Part shown: one piece after another, positions 62,706 to 64,000 of the stretch
Layout of the letters: each line of letters starts with the position of its first letter
Numbering within the stretch: the first letter of the stretch is position 1
Source: Alphaproteobacteria bacterium UBA7314
GTDB taxonomy: Bacteria > Pseudomonadota > Alphaproteobacteria > MPNO01 > UBA830
DNA length: 64,000 nt
Direction of reading: 5' to 3'
Assembly (NCBI GenBank): GCA_002471575.1
Contig: DKQG01000046.1
Coordinates: forward strand, 20,043 to 84,042
The notes under the pieces: model-generated
The model's input: the letters and a program-made list of their open reading frames with translations, nothing else
What the model was told of the DNA's origin: nothing
Database searches by the model: none
Made by a program: the position numbers and the translations under genes

Positions 62706-63470
62706 ATGACCGACAAGCCCTTCACCCGCATCGGTACCCCGACATCTGATACCGACCGTTTCCGCATGCGCGGCCGGGACGTGCTGAGCGAAATTCTCGG
62801 TGAGAAGAGCTTTACAGAGACCTTCTACCTGCTGGTGACCGGCAATGAGCTGCCTGAGAACTATGCTCGAACATTCGATGCCTGCATGGTCATCCTGATG
62901 GATCACGGCATCACGCCGACCGCGCTTGTCGCGCGCATGGTTCACGATTCTCTGCCGGACGACGTCCAGTTGCCGATGATCGCGGGCTCGATGATGGTCG
63001 GCAACAAGTTCGCCGGCACGATGGCTGGGGCCGGGGCGATCTTCAAGGAAGGTGTCGAGGCTGGCGGAGATCCCCGCGATTTCGCGCAAAACGTCATTGC
63101 CCGACACAAGGAACAGAAGAAATTCATCCCCGGTTACGGTCACCCTTATTACTTCCCTACCGACCCGCGCTCCGACAGGATATTCCAGATCGCACATCAA
63201 GGCAGCGTCGGCGGTAAATACATCGAGCTTGCGAAAATTTTGGCGGAAGAAATTGAGAAATCCCGGGGCAAACCGCTGACGCTTAACGTCACGGGCGCAT
63301 TGGGCGCCGTCCTCAACGAAGTGTCTTTCCCGGTCGAGGTCATGCGTGGGGTTGCCGCCGTCAGCCGTGCCGCGGGACTCATTGGCCACGTATACGAAGA
63401 GATGGAAAATCCGATCGCGCCGTCGGTGGTCGAGTTCATCAATAACATTGAATACCGCGATCCGGATTGA
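62706..63470 (+). CDS. Citrate synthase family short form (citryl-CoA lyase-like)
   Basis: 254 aa from MTDKPFTRI, preceded by GGGAG. Blocks LMDHGITPT, GYGHPYY, DPR and LNVTGALGAV correspond to the C-terminal catalytic part of citrate synthases (from memory). Confidence 0.8.
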   Translation: MTDKPFTRIGTPTSDTDRFRMRGRDVLSEILGEKSFTETFYLLVTGNELPENYARTFDACMVILMDHGITPTALVARMVHDSLPDDVQLPMIAGSMMVGNKFAGTMAGAGAIFKEGVEAGGDPRDFAQNVIARHKEQKKFIPGYGHPYYFPTDPRSDRIFQIAHQGSVGGKYIELAKILAEEIEKSRGKPLTLNVTGALGAVLNEVSFPVEVMRGVAAVSRAAGLIGHVYEEMENPIAPSVVEFINNIEYRDPD

Positions 63471-63574
63471 AGAACGCAAGGAACGGGTGGCATTTTTTAC
63501 GCCTCCCGCACCCCTAGAAGAGTTCGCAGAGTGCTTCTCACTGCACAAGAAAAAAGACAGCGAAGGAAACATGA

Positions 63575-64000
63575 ATGGCGGCGCCGACAAATAGCAACCT
63601 AACCATGACGCCCTACGCCTGGGGCATGCTGGTGACCCTGTCGATCGTGTGGGGCGGTACCTTCTTTTTTCAGGAAATCGCCGTGCAGGAACTCCCTGTG
63701 TTTACCATTGTTTCTATCCGCGTGCTGATCGCCGCACTGTTGCTCTGGGCGGTGACGGCACTGACCGGGAACACGTTGCCGTCGGGGCTAAAAATCTGGG
63801 CCGCCCTGTTCCTGCTGGCGTTGGTCAACAACGTCATCCCGTTCACCCTAATCGTATGGGGGCAACAGGAAATCTCTTCCGGTCTCGCGGCTATCCTGAA
63901 CGCCACAGTACCGCTGTTCACGGTCCTTATCGCTCATTTCGTCACCACCGACGAAAAACTGACGCGCACTAAGTTTGCCGGGGTAATCATCGGACTTTTC
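63575..64000 (+). CDS. DMT superfamily (EamA-like) transporter, 5' part (runs off the right edge)
   Basis: My own translation from the ATG at 63575 (AAGGAA 6 nt upstream) gives MAAPTNSNLTMTPYAWGMLVTLSIVWGGTFFFQEIAVQELPVFTIVSIRVLIAALLLW...NATVPLFTVLIAHF.... It stays open to the window end and is not in the ORF track. Confidence 0.7.
   Translation, partial: MAAPTNSNLTMTPYAWGMLVTLSIVWGGTFFFQEIAVQELPVFTIVSIRVLIAALLLWAVTALTGNTLPSGLKIWAALFLLALVNNVIPFTLIVWGQQEISSGLAAILNATVPLFTVLIAHFVTTDEKLTRTKFAGVIIGLF

Noticed and set aside
62220-63590. A 456-aa minus-strand ORF spanning the amidohydrolase start, the intergenic region and the citryl-CoA-lyase-like gene.
   Set aside because: It is antisense or out-of-frame to two recognisable genes. 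The composition is Arg/Gly/Ala-rich with no motifs.
1-64000. I looked for CRISPR arrays, tRNA/rRNA genes, IS elements, integrases, phage genes, and defence or toxin-antitoxin modules.
   Set aside because: I found no spaced direct-repeat arrays, no tRNA-like T-loop or acceptor signatures in the intergenic regions, and no transposase, integrase or phage motifs in any ORF. The region reads as catabolic and transport genes throughout. This was a by-eye scan, so tRNAscan, Infernal and ISfinder would still be worth running.

Overview
This is a gene-dense catabolic and transport region with about 57 CDS, mostly on the minus strand. It looks alphaproteobacterial; that is an inference from the aapJQMP, TTT and TRAP transporter genes and from 60-nt lines I hand-counted at about 58-60% GC. 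I saw no rRNA, tRNA, CRISPR array, transposase, integrase, phage gene or recognisable defence or toxin system.

Modules from left to right:
1. IclR-linked operon: DUF1185 protein, enamidase-like amidohydrolase, two Rieske oxygenase alpha genes and one beta gene (1-5375).
2. Lower-GC patch: HpaB-type, LLM-type and FAD-type monooxygenases plus an orphan TRAP binding protein (5376-11100).
3. Maleate-isomerase-like gene, then an operon of hydantoinase/oxoprolinase A and B, class-III aminotransferase, a tandem-repeat unknown protein and a CMD-family protein (11199-18553). It is divergent from an aryl-CoA ligase and a nitroreductase.
4. qor and ald, whose divergent promoter carries the same 22-bp palindrome as the hyuB/CoA-ligase promoter.
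5. GT9 glycosyltransferase coupled to a TetR gene, then an EamA transporter.
6. prpD-prpB-prpC, followed by a second, diverged set: TPP enzyme, ICL/PEP-mutase family protein and MmgE/PrpD family protein.
7. A ten-gene operon (34340-43224): TPP enzyme, NitT/TauT-type ABC importer, free-standing Rieske protein, small unknown ORF and two near-identical amidohydrolase_2 genes. It is headed by a truncated FMN-dehydrogenase fragment carrying a C10 tract.
8. A lower-GC aapJQMP island.
9. A TPP enzyme and pobA.
10. TetR, then three tandem UbiD-family decarboxylase paralogs interrupted by an SDR.
11. A TTT transporter with a TctA-TctB fusion, a third amidohydrolase_2 copy, a citryl-CoA-lyase-like gene and a partial EamA gene.

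The best novelty candidates are:
- the triple long-tailed UbiD cluster, with no UbiX in the window;
- the uncharacterised ABC/TPP/Rieske/amidohydrolase_2 operon;
- the shared palindromic operator that links a lactamase-like/omega-transaminase operon to alanine dehydrogenase;
- the domain fusions: HyuB plus a beta-barrel-like tail, and TctA plus TctB.

All functional calls rest on motif and family recognition from memory. No database search was run.
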